Positions 8,470 through 17,129 of a stretch of 32,000 bases of DNA are shown one piece after another. Both the position numbers and the translations under genes were made by a program. Source of the stretch: Desulfocapsa sulfexigens DSM 10523 (GTDB lineage: Bacteria; Desulfobacterota; Desulfobulbia; Desulfobulbales; Desulfocapsaceae); contig NC_020304.1 in the NCBI RefSeq assembly GCF_000341395.1, positions 1,590,001 through 1,622,000 on the forward strand, given 5' to 3'. The notes below the pieces were generated by a model. The model did no database searches. It was not told where the DNA came from and was given only the letters and a program-made list of their open reading frames with translations. The number at the start of each line of letters is the position of its first letter. Position 1 is the first letter of the stretch.

Positions 8470-10254
8470 GTGGCTACTTCTCTATACGGCTGGACTGGAA
8501 AAATCCTCCACATTGATCTCGATAATGGCTGTATTGACCTTATCCGGCCGGAATCTGGAATTTACCATACATACATAGGCGGTAAAGGGCTTGCAGGGTA
8601 TTACCTGAGACCTCAGGTGACTCTGCCCTGGGATCATCCGCGTATGCCACTCCTTGTTTTTACCGGTCCCCTGGTTGGGACAGCTGCTCCGACCTCTGGT
8701 CGTTCAACAATCATGTCACGGTCGCCGCTTAGTGGAACAATCGGGGACACCTCCGTCGGTGGTCGCCTTGGCTTTCAGTTAAAACGGGCAGGGTGGGACG
8801 GGATTATTATTACCGGTCAGTCCGAGACGCCATGCGGGATTGAGATAGAAGATGACAAGGTTCAGATTGTTGGAGCGGCTGAACTTTGGGGAAAGGACAC
8901 AGCAACCGTCTTCAATATCCTGGCAGCTGGTAGCCGATCGGTTGCCACCATCGGCCCGGCCGCAGAAAATGGAGTCTTCTTTTCAGCCTTGATGGTTGAT
9001 AAACACCATGTTGCCGGACGATCAGGCATTGGACTTTCCTTTGCAGCCAAAAAACTCAAATATCTGTCGGTGCGGGGCAGTGGCAATGTAAGGATCCACG
9101 ACAGAGAAAAACTGCATGTCGCTCGAGAGGAAATTCTCAGGCTCACGGCAGCCTCTCCTATTCTCATGGGGCAGCACGGGTTTTCCTGCTTTGGCACAGG
9201 ATCCATTTATGACCTGATGGATTCACGGCGTATGATGCCAACGGATAACTTTCGGAAGACTCATTTTGGCCGGGCCTCCGAACTCAATGCCCATGCCTAC
9301 AAAAAACAATATGACCCGGGCAAGCATGGTTGTATGGGCTGCCATATCCGCTGTAAAAAAATCGGTCGCAGTGAGAAGCACGCCGGTGCTTCCATGCCTG
9401 AGTTCGAAACCATGTCTCATTTCACCGCCCTCATCGAAAATACAGATATGGACCTTGTCATGCAGGCCAATGCACTTTGCAGCCGTTATGGTATGGATAC
9501 AATTTCTGCTGCCGCAACACTTGCCTGTTACAAGGAGATGTCCGGCATTAGTGATCTGTCTGGCCAGCTTGTGCAATTGCTGGAAGAGATCGGCCTGGGA
9601 TCTTCTGATCTTGGCAGACAGCTTGGTAAGGGGTCTCTCCATTATGCCTCAAGCCATAATCAGCAGACTGCTTCAATGAGTGTTAAGGGATTGGAACTGC
9701 CCGCCTATGATCCCAGGGGGGCATACGGAATGTCTCTGGCCTATGCCCTTGCTACCCGTGGAGGCTGTCATTTGCGGGCCTATCCGATCAGTCATGAAAT
9801 TTTACGAAAACCTGTTGCCACGGACCGTTTCACCTTCAGCGGCAAGGCCAGGATAGTTAAGATTGCAGAGGATCAGAATGCCATTGTTGATTCGCTCACT
9901 GCCTGTAAATTTATCTTTTTAGGAGCTGGCCTTGAAGAGTATGCCGGGGCATTCAATGCTGTCACCGGAATGACTGTTACGGCTCAGGATCTGTTAAAGA
10001 TTGGCGAGCGCATCTGTTACCATGAGCGCTTGATGAACAGTCTTAACGGATTTTGGGCCAAGGACGATGATCTTCCCGACAGATTTTTTGTAGAAGCTGG
10101 AACCAGCGGTAATGGCATAGAGATTAAGCCTCTTGAGCGGGAAGCATTTCTTGAGGCTCGCAGCCGCTACTACAGAATTCGCGGTCTTGACCAGGACGGC
10201 AGAGCAACACAAGAAAAAGCTGAAGAGCTGGGGCTTGTATGGAAAAACTCCTGA
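8470..10254 (+). CDS. Aldehyde:ferredoxin oxidoreductase family (tungsten/molybdenum) protein
   Basis: YGWTGKILHIDL start, GGKGLAGYYL, TGPLVGTAAPTSGRSTIMSRSPLSGTIGDTSVGGRLGFQLKRAGWDGIIITG, and Fe-S motif HGCMGCHIRCKK. GTG start. Confidence 0.93.
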   Translation: MATSLYGWTGKILHIDLDNGCIDLIRPESGIYHTYIGGKGLAGYYLRPQVTLPWDHPRMPLLVFTGPLVGTAAPTSGRSTIMSRSPLSGTIGDTSVGGRLGFQLKRAGWDGIIITGQSETPCGIEIEDDKVQIVGAAELWGKDTATVFNILAAGSRSVATIGPAAENGVFFSALMVDKHHVAGRSGIGLSFAAKKLKYLSVRGSGNVRIHDREKLHVAREEILRLTAASPILMGQHGFSCFGTGSIYDLMDSRRMMPTDNFRKTHFGRASELNAHAYKKQYDPGKHGCMGCHIRCKKIGRSEKHAGASMPEFETMSHFTALIENTDMDLVMQANALCSRYGMDTISAAATLACYKEMSGISDLSGQLVQLLEEIGLGSSDLGRQLGKGSLHYASSHNQQTASMSVKGLELPAYDPRGAYGMSLAYALATRGGCHLRAYPISHEILRKPVATDRFTFSGKARIVKIAEDQNAIVDSLTACKFIFLGAGLEEYAGAFNAVTGMTVTAQDLLKIGERICYHERLMNSLNGFWAKDDDLPDRFFVEAGTSGNGIEIKPLEREAFLEARSRYYRIRGLDQDGRATQEKAEELGLVWKNS

Positions 10255-11402
10255 AAAAATATGCCCTGAAACTCATTGCTGCAGGGCTTGCGGAGAATCC
10301 TCTTATCTGCGGACTGGATGATGAGGTGGTCTGGAGTCGGGCCGACGACGATATCCAGGTCTTAGAGCAGGTCCTGGCTGGCATGAACATAAACTCTCTC
10401 ATTTGCATTGAACCGGCAGACCCGTATTTGACGATTTTCCGGTTTCTATGCGATCGTTATCCAGAAACCATAACTCCAGAGGACTGTGAAACACGTACTT
10501 TTCTCCATGATGTGCCTGTGATCAGTAACTTTTCAGCTGCAGCTATCCTCACCCACCTGCGTAGACGCAAGTCCATTGTTGTTGCTTCCGGCAAGAGTAT
10601 CCGCCTGATCACCTTTGGAGCTGTCAGCCCGGAGCAGGCCTTTGTCAGTCTCAGCTCCGTCTGTTTCAGCGCCTTTGTCCTCTTTTTTACAGACTACCTG
10701 GCCGACCGCAGGCAGGGTGTAGTCACGGAGGAACAGCAGCGAGCCTTTGACAGGGTGACTGCACAGCTCTCCCCGCCACACAGGACAACACCAGCGCTGG
10801 AGGCAGGGCCATTTCGCAGTGCAGAGCAGGTCCACCGGGCAATCATTGAGGCTGGTCGTTTTACGGTGGACTATGGACTGGTTGACTCATATTTTGGTAA
10901 TATCTCCTATCGTCTTGACCAGACCATATATATCAGCCAGACTGGCTCATCCCTTGATGAGCTGGCTGGGTGTATAGACCCCTGTCCTCTGGATGACTCA
11001 TCCTGTGCTGGGATAACCGCCTCCAGTGAACTGGTGGCCCATGAAGAGATCTACAGAAACACAGCTAATCGAGCCATCCTCCATGGCCATCCGAAGTTTG
11101 CGGTTATTCTATCCATGGATTGCAGTGATTTTGATTGTATCAACCGTGGTCGCTGCCATATTAAATGTTCGAAGGAACGCTTGATCGAAGATATTCCCAT
11201 TGTTCCCGGTGAAGTTGGAACTGGCCCCACCGGTCTCTGCCACACCCTGCCTCCTGCCATTCAAGGCAGACGGGGTGTAATTGTATGGGGGCATGGCCTG
11301 TTTACAGTGGCAACTGTTGATTTTAATGAGGCATTCAAACAGCTTCTCGAAATTGAAAACATGTGTCGGGAAGAATATTTTGCCAGGGTCAGGCATTGTT
11401 GA
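10239..11402 (+). CDS. Class II aldolase/adducin-family protein with N-terminal extension and Cys-rich insert
   Basis: AGRFTVDYGLVDSYFGNISYRL...ISQTGSSLDEL, metal-ligand motifs LHGHPKFAV and WGHGLFTVA, and Cys cluster CSDFDCINRGRCHIKCSK. Overlaps the AOR gene end by 16 nt. Confidence 0.82.
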   Translation: MEKLLKKYALKLIAAGLAENPLICGLDDEVVWSRADDDIQVLEQVLAGMNINSLICIEPADPYLTIFRFLCDRYPETITPEDCETRTFLHDVPVISNFSAAAILTHLRRRKSIVVASGKSIRLITFGAVSPEQAFVSLSSVCFSAFVLFFTDYLADRRQGVVTEEQQRAFDRVTAQLSPPHRTTPALEAGPFRSAEQVHRAIIEAGRFTVDYGLVDSYFGNISYRLDQTIYISQTGSSLDELAGCIDPCPLDDSSCAGITASSELVAHEEIYRNTANRAILHGHPKFAVILSMDCSDFDCINRGRCHIKCSKERLIEDIPIVPGEVGTGPTGLCHTLPPAIQGRRGVIVWGHGLFTVATVDFNEAFKQLLEIENMCREEYFARVRHC

Positions 11403-11451
11403 AATTCCGTAGCTGTCCCGTTCTCTTATAAAAAGCATAAAGGAAGTTGCC

Positions 11452-11760
11452 ATGGCTCTGGTTAATATTGAATCTGCAATAAAACAGGTATTGCAGATCG
11501 TTAAAAAACTGGATCCGCCACAGGGGTTGGAAATACTGACTTATAAGCGTAATCGCGGGATCACCATCATTAAAATCGATGAAGATACTCTATCCGTCCA
11601 GGAAAGAGGGTATGAGGAAAGTACCTTTCAAGTGACAATGGCTGATCTGGGAAAGCAGCTTAAATCCATTGCTAAAAGAGAGTTTCCGCGAAGTCGTAAA
11701 GTACGTGTCTATCAGTTGGATAGTCCCTACTGTCTAGGAATAAAACGCAAACAGATATAG
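11452..11760 (+). CDS. Small conserved-looking hypothetical protein (102 aa) in the AOR operon
   Basis: Same strand, 49 nt after the aldolase gene; well-formed start and composition (MALVNIESAIKQVLQIVKKLDPPQGLEILTYKRNRG...). Confidence 0.65.
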   Translation: MALVNIESAIKQVLQIVKKLDPPQGLEILTYKRNRGITIIKIDEDTLSVQERGYEESTFQVTMADLGKQLKSIAKREFPRSRKVRVYQLDSPYCLGIKRKQI

Positions 11761-11778
11761 CTGATCAGCTATAAAACT

Positions 11779-12369
11779 TCACAGATCATCAAGGCTGGCA
11801 AAGTGGCGCGGCTGGTGAAAATCGGGTCTCTTACCTGGGACAGAGAACGCGGCAAGGTAGCGGCGTTTCACTCCTTGTCCATGGATGGCGTATGCATTTG
11901 CATGGCTGAAGGGAAGAATAGACTGGCTCAGGGGCAGGATTAAGGTGGACTGCCAGTGGGTGCCGGTGATGTTTGTCTCACAGCGGGTAGGGGAGATGCT
12001 CCTGCTGATCTGACGGATTCCAGTGAGATGGTAGATTAAGTAGTGGCCATGGGGGCCAATCTCGATTTCCAGATAGTGTCCGTCGGCCCCCAGGAGAAAC
12101 AGCTCCGCCACTTCATAACACCAGAGCCCTTCGAGCTCTCCGGCTGGGGCGGAGGGAGCAGGATCCCCATGAAAAGGTCCCTGTATCCCCACTTCGAGTT
12201 CCTGGTCCCTGATGCAGAATCGTATCTGCATCTTTTCAGAATCAGCAACTGCCTTACCATCCCATGTTTTTGAAGTACTGAGAATAAAATGCGGGCTAGA
12301 GAACATTTTGTGTTTTACTCTCGGCAGAATAAAGAAGAGGGGTCTTCCTGCTCTTTTTCCAGCTGCCAC
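11779..12369 (-). CDS. UPF0462 (C4orf33-like) family protein
   Basis: GPFHGDPAPSAPAGELEGLWCYEVAELFLLGADGHYLEIEIGPHGHYLIYHLTGIR...AYAIHGQGVKRRYLAAFSVPGKRPDFHQPRHF resembles the UPF0462 signature. The true start may be downstream of the track start. Confidence 0.75.
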   Translation of the reverse strand: MAAGKRAGRPLFFILPRVKHKMFSSPHFILSTSKTWDGKAVADSEKMQIRFCIRDQELEVGIQGPFHGDPAPSAPAGELEGLWCYEVAELFLLGADGHYLEIEIGPHGHYLIYHLTGIRQISRSISPTRCETNITGTHWQSTLILPLSQSILPFSHANAYAIHGQGVKRRYLAAFSVPGKRPDFHQPRHFASLDDL

Positions 12370-13097
12370 TCTTCTTTCAAGTATTGAATACCCTGGTGGT
12401 TTGTCAGGTCGAGGTGAATTGGAGTGACAGAGACATAGTCATTGGTCACAGCATAGACATCAGTGTCCTCTCCTAAAGCGGGGGAGGGGGTTCCACCACC
12501 TATCCAGTAATGTTTACGACCAAAAGGATCCAGGGTTTCCTGGATGGCATTGTCCCAAAGACGTCTTCCCTGGCGAGTGACTTTTATTCCCTTGATTAAG
12601 TCAGTTGCCGGAACATTGACATTGAGTAAGGTATCCTGTGGAAGACCTTGCTGTAAAATCAGTTTTGCGAGCTTTGCGGCAAGTTGGGCTGCCTTGCTGA
12701 AATCATAGGGTGCTTCTCCTGCCAGAGAAACGGCGAGTGATGGAATTCCGTACATGGTACCTTCTACGGCTGCTGAAACGGTACCAGAGTAGGAAATGTC
12801 GTCACCGAGATTGGGGCCGGGGTTGATGCCTGAAACCAGCAGATCAGGCCTTTGTTTGACAATCTTGTTCAATCCAATGGCGACACAGTCGGTGGGCGTG
12901 CCATTTAGAGTGTAAAAATTGTCTCCCAGTCTGGTTACTCGCAGAGGGCGGTTCATGGTAAGTGAGTGGGAGACGGCAGAGTTGTCCCTGTCGGGTGCGA
13001 TGATCAGGCATTCTGCCTGCCTGCTGAGTTCCTGAACCAGCGCTTCAAGGCCTGGGCTGTGAACTCCATCGTCATTGGTGATAAGAAAAAGTGGCAT
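12315..13097 (-). CDS. surE: 5'/3'-nucleotidase SurE
   Basis: ITNDDGVHSPGLEALV, APDRDNSAVSHSLTMNRPLR, GTPTDCVAIGL, and LLVSGINPGPNLGDDISYSGTVSAAVEG. Confidence 0.96.
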   Translation of the reverse strand: MPLFLITNDDGVHSPGLEALVQELSRQAECLIIAPDRDNSAVSHSLTMNRPLRVTRLGDNFYTLNGTPTDCVAIGLNKIVKQRPDLLVSGINPGPNLGDDISYSGTVSAAVEGTMYGIPSLAVSLAGEAPYDFSKAAQLAAKLAKLILQQGLPQDTLLNVNVPATDLIKGIKVTRQGRRLWDNAIQETLDPFGRKHYWIGGGTPSPALGEDTDVYAVTNDYVSVTPIHLDLTNHQGIQYLKEEWQLEKEQEDPSSLFCRE

Positions 13098-13391
13098 ATT
13101 GTTCGATAGTAATGCTAAGTTGTTTGTGAGTAGGACCTCGACATAAGATCCCCATAAGGTAAACTAACACTGGTGAACAGCAAGTGAGGCCAGTATAAGT
13201 TCCTTATCAGAAATTTTCTCGGAGTCTACGCTTACCTGCGAAAAAAAACACGAAAATTATCTGTAAGGCACTCATTTCTGAAGGAGACCAAACCATTTTA
13301 CCTACTTTTTGATATTGATATCAGCATTAATAAAAAAGGGAAAAGAGTATATTGGAAATTCTGATCGCTTGTCTGGTGAAAATTTGGAGGT

Positions 13392-13616
13392 GTGGTAATG
13401 GCAACATGTACTAGGTGTGGCGCGTCAATCGGCAAGGGGGACAAAGTGTGTCCCGAGTGCGGGGTGCTTTTGAAGCGAAAAAACCGGCGATCCTGGTATA
13501 TTGCCAGGGTCTGCCTTGTTCTGTTATTTTTTGGATTAGCTGTAAATTTATTAAATTTTTGTTCCGGGATGAGCAGCGACTCATCCGCACCCGTTCCCAA
13601 AGAATCAAATATGTAG
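13392..13616 (+). CDS. Small zinc-ribbon membrane protein
   Basis: CTRCGASIGKGDKVCPECGVLLKRK zinc ribbon followed by one transmembrane helix. Gene preceded by GGAGG. Confidence 0.7.
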   Translation: MVMATCTRCGASIGKGDKVCPECGVLLKRKNRRSWYIARVCLVLLFFGLAVNLLNFCSGMSSDSSAPVPKESNM

Positions 13617-13695
13617 GGACATGTCCTGTTGGAATAGAGTCGTGAACCACGAGCAACTGCTCTGCTGTGATCAAGGTTAAAGAGTAAAAAAAGAA

Positions 13696-14724
13696 TTGAG
13701 TATCTCGTCTTTTAAAATAAGAAAGTGTTTGTCTGTTACTGTGTTGATGGTACCTGTTATTTTGATTGTAACAGGTATCGTTCTATGCGGCGCGGGTGTT
13801 GCAGCTGAAGTTGATAGTGTAACTCCAAGAAAACTCAAACTCGATAATAGTCTCACTATTCTAAACACAATTTTTAATCAACGTATTCAGGAGGGAATCG
13901 AAAAAGCCAATGCTCGACAGCTTGGATCCTGTGATGAAGATGTCCTCTATACTGAACTGAGAAAAGCAATTTTTCAATCCTTTACGGCATCTCTGGGGCT
14001 TAAAGGGTACGCCCTGGATAAACAATTACGCAGTTTGCTCGCCAGGCAAAGTTATTCTCTATCTTTAAACGACTCGATTTATCGTGACATAAGCTATCTG
14101 GAAGGTTTTTCCTTAAATGTTAAAGAGCTGAGTGATGTCGTCAGCATCAATGGTCATCTTGTCGGGTTGGATAAACTAGGTCATTTCTTTGCTGAGGGCT
14201 GGAAATATTTCGAGTTAACCCAGTATGATGGGCATACTGTTGATCAGGTCCTTGAGTGGGGCAAGGAGCAGGAGTCTGGGAAATTTGGTTATACAACTAC
14301 CGGTATTTTTTCCTTTGCGGATCTTGCAGCTAACTTCAATGGCTGGCGTTTTTGGAATAGCGTTTTATTGAAACAAAATGATCCTTTAAAAGGAGCAGTT
14401 GCTAATTTTTTTAACAGGCCACATGTAAAGTGTGAAAGTCAGATTATTGCTTCTATCAAAAACAGAAGAATTGTCAGGGCCTGGGAATATAAAACCCGAT
14501 TTGATTTGTCGGATTATGTAGATGGCTCCTGGGATGAAGGGAATAATTGTAACAGTTATGCAGATCCTGTTATTGAAGAAAAAGTTACATCACGAATCAA
14601 AAATGTTGCGCCCGACTTTACCTGTCCTTTTACAGCTGAGTACTGTTTAGCAGCTCAAAAAAAATATGGCTATTATGCAAAACATGTTTTGCATCCCTAC
14701 TGCCTGATTGTCGATAAAAAATGA
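13696..14724 (+). CDS. Hypothetical exported/membrane-anchored protein
   Basis: Long ORF with N-terminal hydrophobic signal (VTVLMVPVILIVTGIVLCGAGVAAE) and a GLDKLGHFFAEGWKYFELTQ segment. The start codon (TTG in the track) is uncertain. Confidence 0.7.
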   Translation: MSISSFKIRKCLSVTVLMVPVILIVTGIVLCGAGVAAEVDSVTPRKLKLDNSLTILNTIFNQRIQEGIEKANARQLGSCDEDVLYTELRKAIFQSFTASLGLKGYALDKQLRSLLARQSYSLSLNDSIYRDISYLEGFSLNVKELSDVVSINGHLVGLDKLGHFFAEGWKYFELTQYDGHTVDQVLEWGKEQESGKFGYTTTGIFSFADLAANFNGWRFWNSVLLKQNDPLKGAVANFFNRPHVKCESQIIASIKNRRIVRAWEYKTRFDLSDYVDGSWDEGNNCNSYADPVIEEKVTSRIKNVAPDFTCPFTAEYCLAAQKKYGYYAKHVLHPYCLIVDKK

Positions 14725-15214
14725 AAAAAGAAGGCATGTTTTGAAAATGTTTTTTCTTCACGGTCTGGATTCTTCCAGCAAAGGGACAAAAGGAAGGTGG
14801 TTTGCGAGACATTTTCCAGAGATGTGCATCCCGGATTTTCAGGGTGACCTGACGACACGGATCAGTGCGCTGGAGGCCCTGTGTCGTGGATGTAATAAGC
14901 TCGTTTTGGTTGGCTCAAGTTTCGGTGGGCTTATGGCCACCTGTTTTGCCATGCGCCATCCGAATAGATGTCAATCACTTGTCCTGCTGGCTCCAGCTCT
15001 GAATTTTCCGGAATTCTCTCCCCCGGAGGAGAAAATTGCGGTTCCCACAAGTCTTTGTATAGGGCGTCAGGACACGGTAACCCCTCCGGATAAAGTGCTT
15101 CCCCTTGCTCAACAAACTTTTTCAAAGTTGCAGATTTTCAGCTATGACGATGATCATATGCTTCATAACAGCTTTGAAGAACTGGACTGGGACAAGCTTC
15201 TGCATAAAAAATAA
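14708..15214 (+). CDS. Short alpha/beta hydrolase (YqiA/RBBP9-like esterase)
   Basis: MFFLHGLDSSSKGTKGRWFA, nucleophile elbow VGSSFGGLMA, and D...DDDHML catalytic context. TTG in the track; the internal ATG at the FFLHG segment is an alternative start. Confidence 0.8.
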   Translation: MSIKNEKRRHVLKMFFLHGLDSSSKGTKGRWFARHFPEMCIPDFQGDLTTRISALEALCRGCNKLVLVGSSFGGLMATCFAMRHPNRCQSLVLLAPALNFPEFSPPEEKIAVPTSLCIGRQDTVTPPDKVLPLAQQTFSKLQIFSYDDDHMLHNSFEELDWDKLLHKK

Positions 15215-15228
15215 CATGATTACCACCA

Positions 15229-15253
15229 CTCCTCAGCCTACCCGCCTGAGGAG
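15229..15253. repeat. 8-bp perfect hairpin (CTCCTCAG / CTGAGGAG) between convergent genes
   Basis: 15229-15236 CTCCTCAG and 15246-15253 CTGAGGAG with a 9-nt loop. Confidence 0.6.
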
Positions 15254-15359
15254 GAGTTGTTTCGTGTTGATTATATGGGCATCTGTGGCCTGGACGGCCG
15301 CAGCAGAGCCCCCAGGGATGGGTTTATGGCGTCCCATATAATCGACACGGAACAACTCC
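15253..15359. repeat. 27-bp imperfect inverted repeat with nested hairpin
   Basis: 15253-15279 GGAGTTGTTTCGTGTTGATTATATGGG pairs with 15333-15359 CCCATATAATCGACACGGAACAACTCC, 25/27 complementary. Nested 15283-15290 CTGTGGCC pairs with 15296-15303 GGCCGCAG. Confidence 0.85.
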
Positions 15360-15444
15360 GGGTTACAAAGCTGAGTTTGAATGATAATCAGGAAAAATAA
15401 TGGTGAAAGCTTCCAGGCATTAGTACGCAAATGGTTTGAAATAT

Positions 15445-16356
15445 TCAGCGTAGCAGTCTTTCAGCTCTGTTCCTGCGAAAAATCCGAAACAACTCATTGG
15501 CGACAAGTGCTCCCAGTACCAGCAGGCCACCGCTCAGGGTGTGTATCGAGAGCTGCTCACCTGCCCATAACCACGCCCATGTCACACCGAAAATAACTTC
15601 GAGTTGTCCAAGCAGCGAGAGTTCGGGTGCCGAGAGTTCTTTCGTCAGACGAACAACGAGGAGACAGGGAGTGGCAAGCTGGAATATCCCCAGTAGTGAG
15701 AGGAGGCCAAGGTCGTGGGGAGATGCCTGGAATGGCCAGGCCAGGGGGAGCATTGCCAGGGTTGAAAGCATTGCACCGATTAATACCGCCTGCAGCATGT
15801 CTTGAACGGGTTTGTTATCGGGAGTGATGGTCCTGTCCAGGCCGATATGCTGGAGGAGTGTAAAGTTGATGGCTGCTGCGACAGGAACTCCAAGGGAAAC
15901 CAGGGAACCGATCATGGAGAATGTTGCATCCTTGTCATACAGAAACATCCAAACAATTCCCAGGGCTGCAACTGCAATTGCCAGCCAGGTTGTCGTCGCC
16001 AGTCGGTGATGAAGGAAGAAGTGGGTGAAAAGTGCTGTGATCAACGGGCCAAGTGCCATGACGATTAGAACATTAGCCACCGTGGTGAGAGTGATTGCCA
16101 CCATAAAGGCTGTAAACATGATAGACCAGCATATCCCTGAAATCCAGATAACCTTTGAAGGGTGCAGGAGTTTGCGCCATAGGCCGGGACCGCGTGTCAA
16201 GGTGAGGGCAAATGCGAGAGCGATGACGCAAAAACCGCTGCGCCAGAAGGTCACTTCGAAGCTCCTGGCTGTGTCAAGATGTCGTGTCACAACACCGGCC
16301 ATGCTCCAGAGCAGGGTAACTACAATCATCAGAGATATGGCTTGGGGGCGTGACAT
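15445..16356 (-). CDS. EamA/DMT-superfamily permease
   Basis: LMIVVTLLWSMAGVVTRHLD, multiple TM segments, and the duplicated EamA-like half LELSLLGQLEVIFGVTWAWLWAGEQLS. The start was shifted from 16470 to the ATG complement at 16354-16356 (MSRPQAIS...). Confidence 0.88.
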   Translation of the reverse strand: MSRPQAISLMIVVTLLWSMAGVVTRHLDTARSFEVTFWRSGFCVIALAFALTLTRGPGLWRKLLHPSKVIWISGICWSIMFTAFMVAITLTTVANVLIVMALGPLITALFTHFFLHHRLATTTWLAIAVAALGIVWMFLYDKDATFSMIGSLVSLGVPVAAAINFTLLQHIGLDRTITPDNKPVQDMLQAVLIGAMLSTLAMLPLAWPFQASPHDLGLLSLLGIFQLATPCLLVVRLTKELSAPELSLLGQLEVIFGVTWAWLWAGEQLSIHTLSGGLLVLGALVANELFRIFRRNRAERLLR

Positions 16357-16530
16357 GGCATTCAGAGAGTGAAAAGGTGTAAGCCAGGGTGCAGGGATTC
16401 TGTACTGTTTACTATCGCAAGAATCAGGCTTACAGTGTCTTCCATACGTAAAGTTTTTGAAGTCCGGCAACGTACGAACTCTTGTGCTTTACGTCAAGAA
16501 TATTTACTACCGCTTAAAGGTGAGAATACT

Positions 16531-17127
16531 ATGATAAAAAATAAAATCATTCTTTGCGTGTTTGTCAGCGTACTACTTTGTGCTCCTGCTGTTGCTGCTG
16601 ATAAGGCAGTTTTTGCTGGTGGTTGTTTTTGGTGTATGGAGGCGGATTTTGAAAAGCTGGAGGGAGTGAGAGAGGTGATTTCCGGGTTTACCGGAGGTGT
16701 TTTGAAAAATCCCACCTATAATGGGAACCACGCTGGTCATGTTGAAGCTGTTGAAATTTCATATGATTCTGAAAAAATAAGCTATGAAGAGTTACTGGAA
16801 TATTACTGGCACCATATCGACCCCTTCGATGCAGAAGGACAGTTTTGTGATAAGGGGGCAAGTTATGTGACGGCTATTTTTGTGGCTAATGATAAAGAAA
16901 GAGAGCTTGCTGAGCAGTCAAAGAACAGGATCGCACGCCAATTTCCCAACCAGAAAGTCGTCACTCCAATTTTAGCGCAATCAACCTTTTATCCTGTGCA
17001 GGGGAACGAAAGTAATCATCAGGATTACTACAAAAATAACCCGGTTCGGTATAAGGTTTATCGCTGGAATTGTGGTCGCGACAAACGTCTACAGGAAATT
17101 TGGAGGACGAGAGGCAATATTGATTGA
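16531..17127 (+). CDS. msrA: Peptide methionine sulfoxide reductase MsrA, predicted exported
   Basis: AGGCFWCMEADFEKLEGV, YYWHHIDPFDAEGQFCDKG, SNHQDYYK. Signal peptide MIKNKIILCVFVSVLLCAPAVAA. The ATG at 16531 is preferred over the track start. Confidence 0.93.
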   Translation: MIKNKIILCVFVSVLLCAPAVAADKAVFAGGCFWCMEADFEKLEGVREVISGFTGGVLKNPTYNGNHAGHVEAVEISYDSEKISYEELLEYYWHHIDPFDAEGQFCDKGASYVTAIFVANDKERELAEQSKNRIARQFPNQKVVTPILAQSTFYPVQGNESNHQDYYKNNPVRYKVYRWNCGRDKRLQEIWRTRGNID

Positions 17128-17129
17128 AA

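Noticed and set aside
9223-9679. Antisense ORFs over the AOR gene (9223..9642 -, 9266..9679 -)
   Set aside because: The AOR family motifs on the plus strand explain this sequence, and the antisense translations look random.
15105-15430. ORFs 15105..15341 (+) and 15233..15430 (-)
   Set aside because: They cover the inverted-repeat region, overlap a supported gene or each other, and show no domain motif. The ATG at 15216 followed by a signal-like stretch is suggestive but too short to support.
15497-16372. Plus-strand ORFs antisense to the DMT permease
   Set aside because: Shadow ORFs over a convincing multi-TM transporter.
16594-16640. Possible selenocysteine or altered catalytic site in MsrA
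   Set aside because: The active site reads GGCFWC with a normal Cys codon and there is no in-frame TGA.
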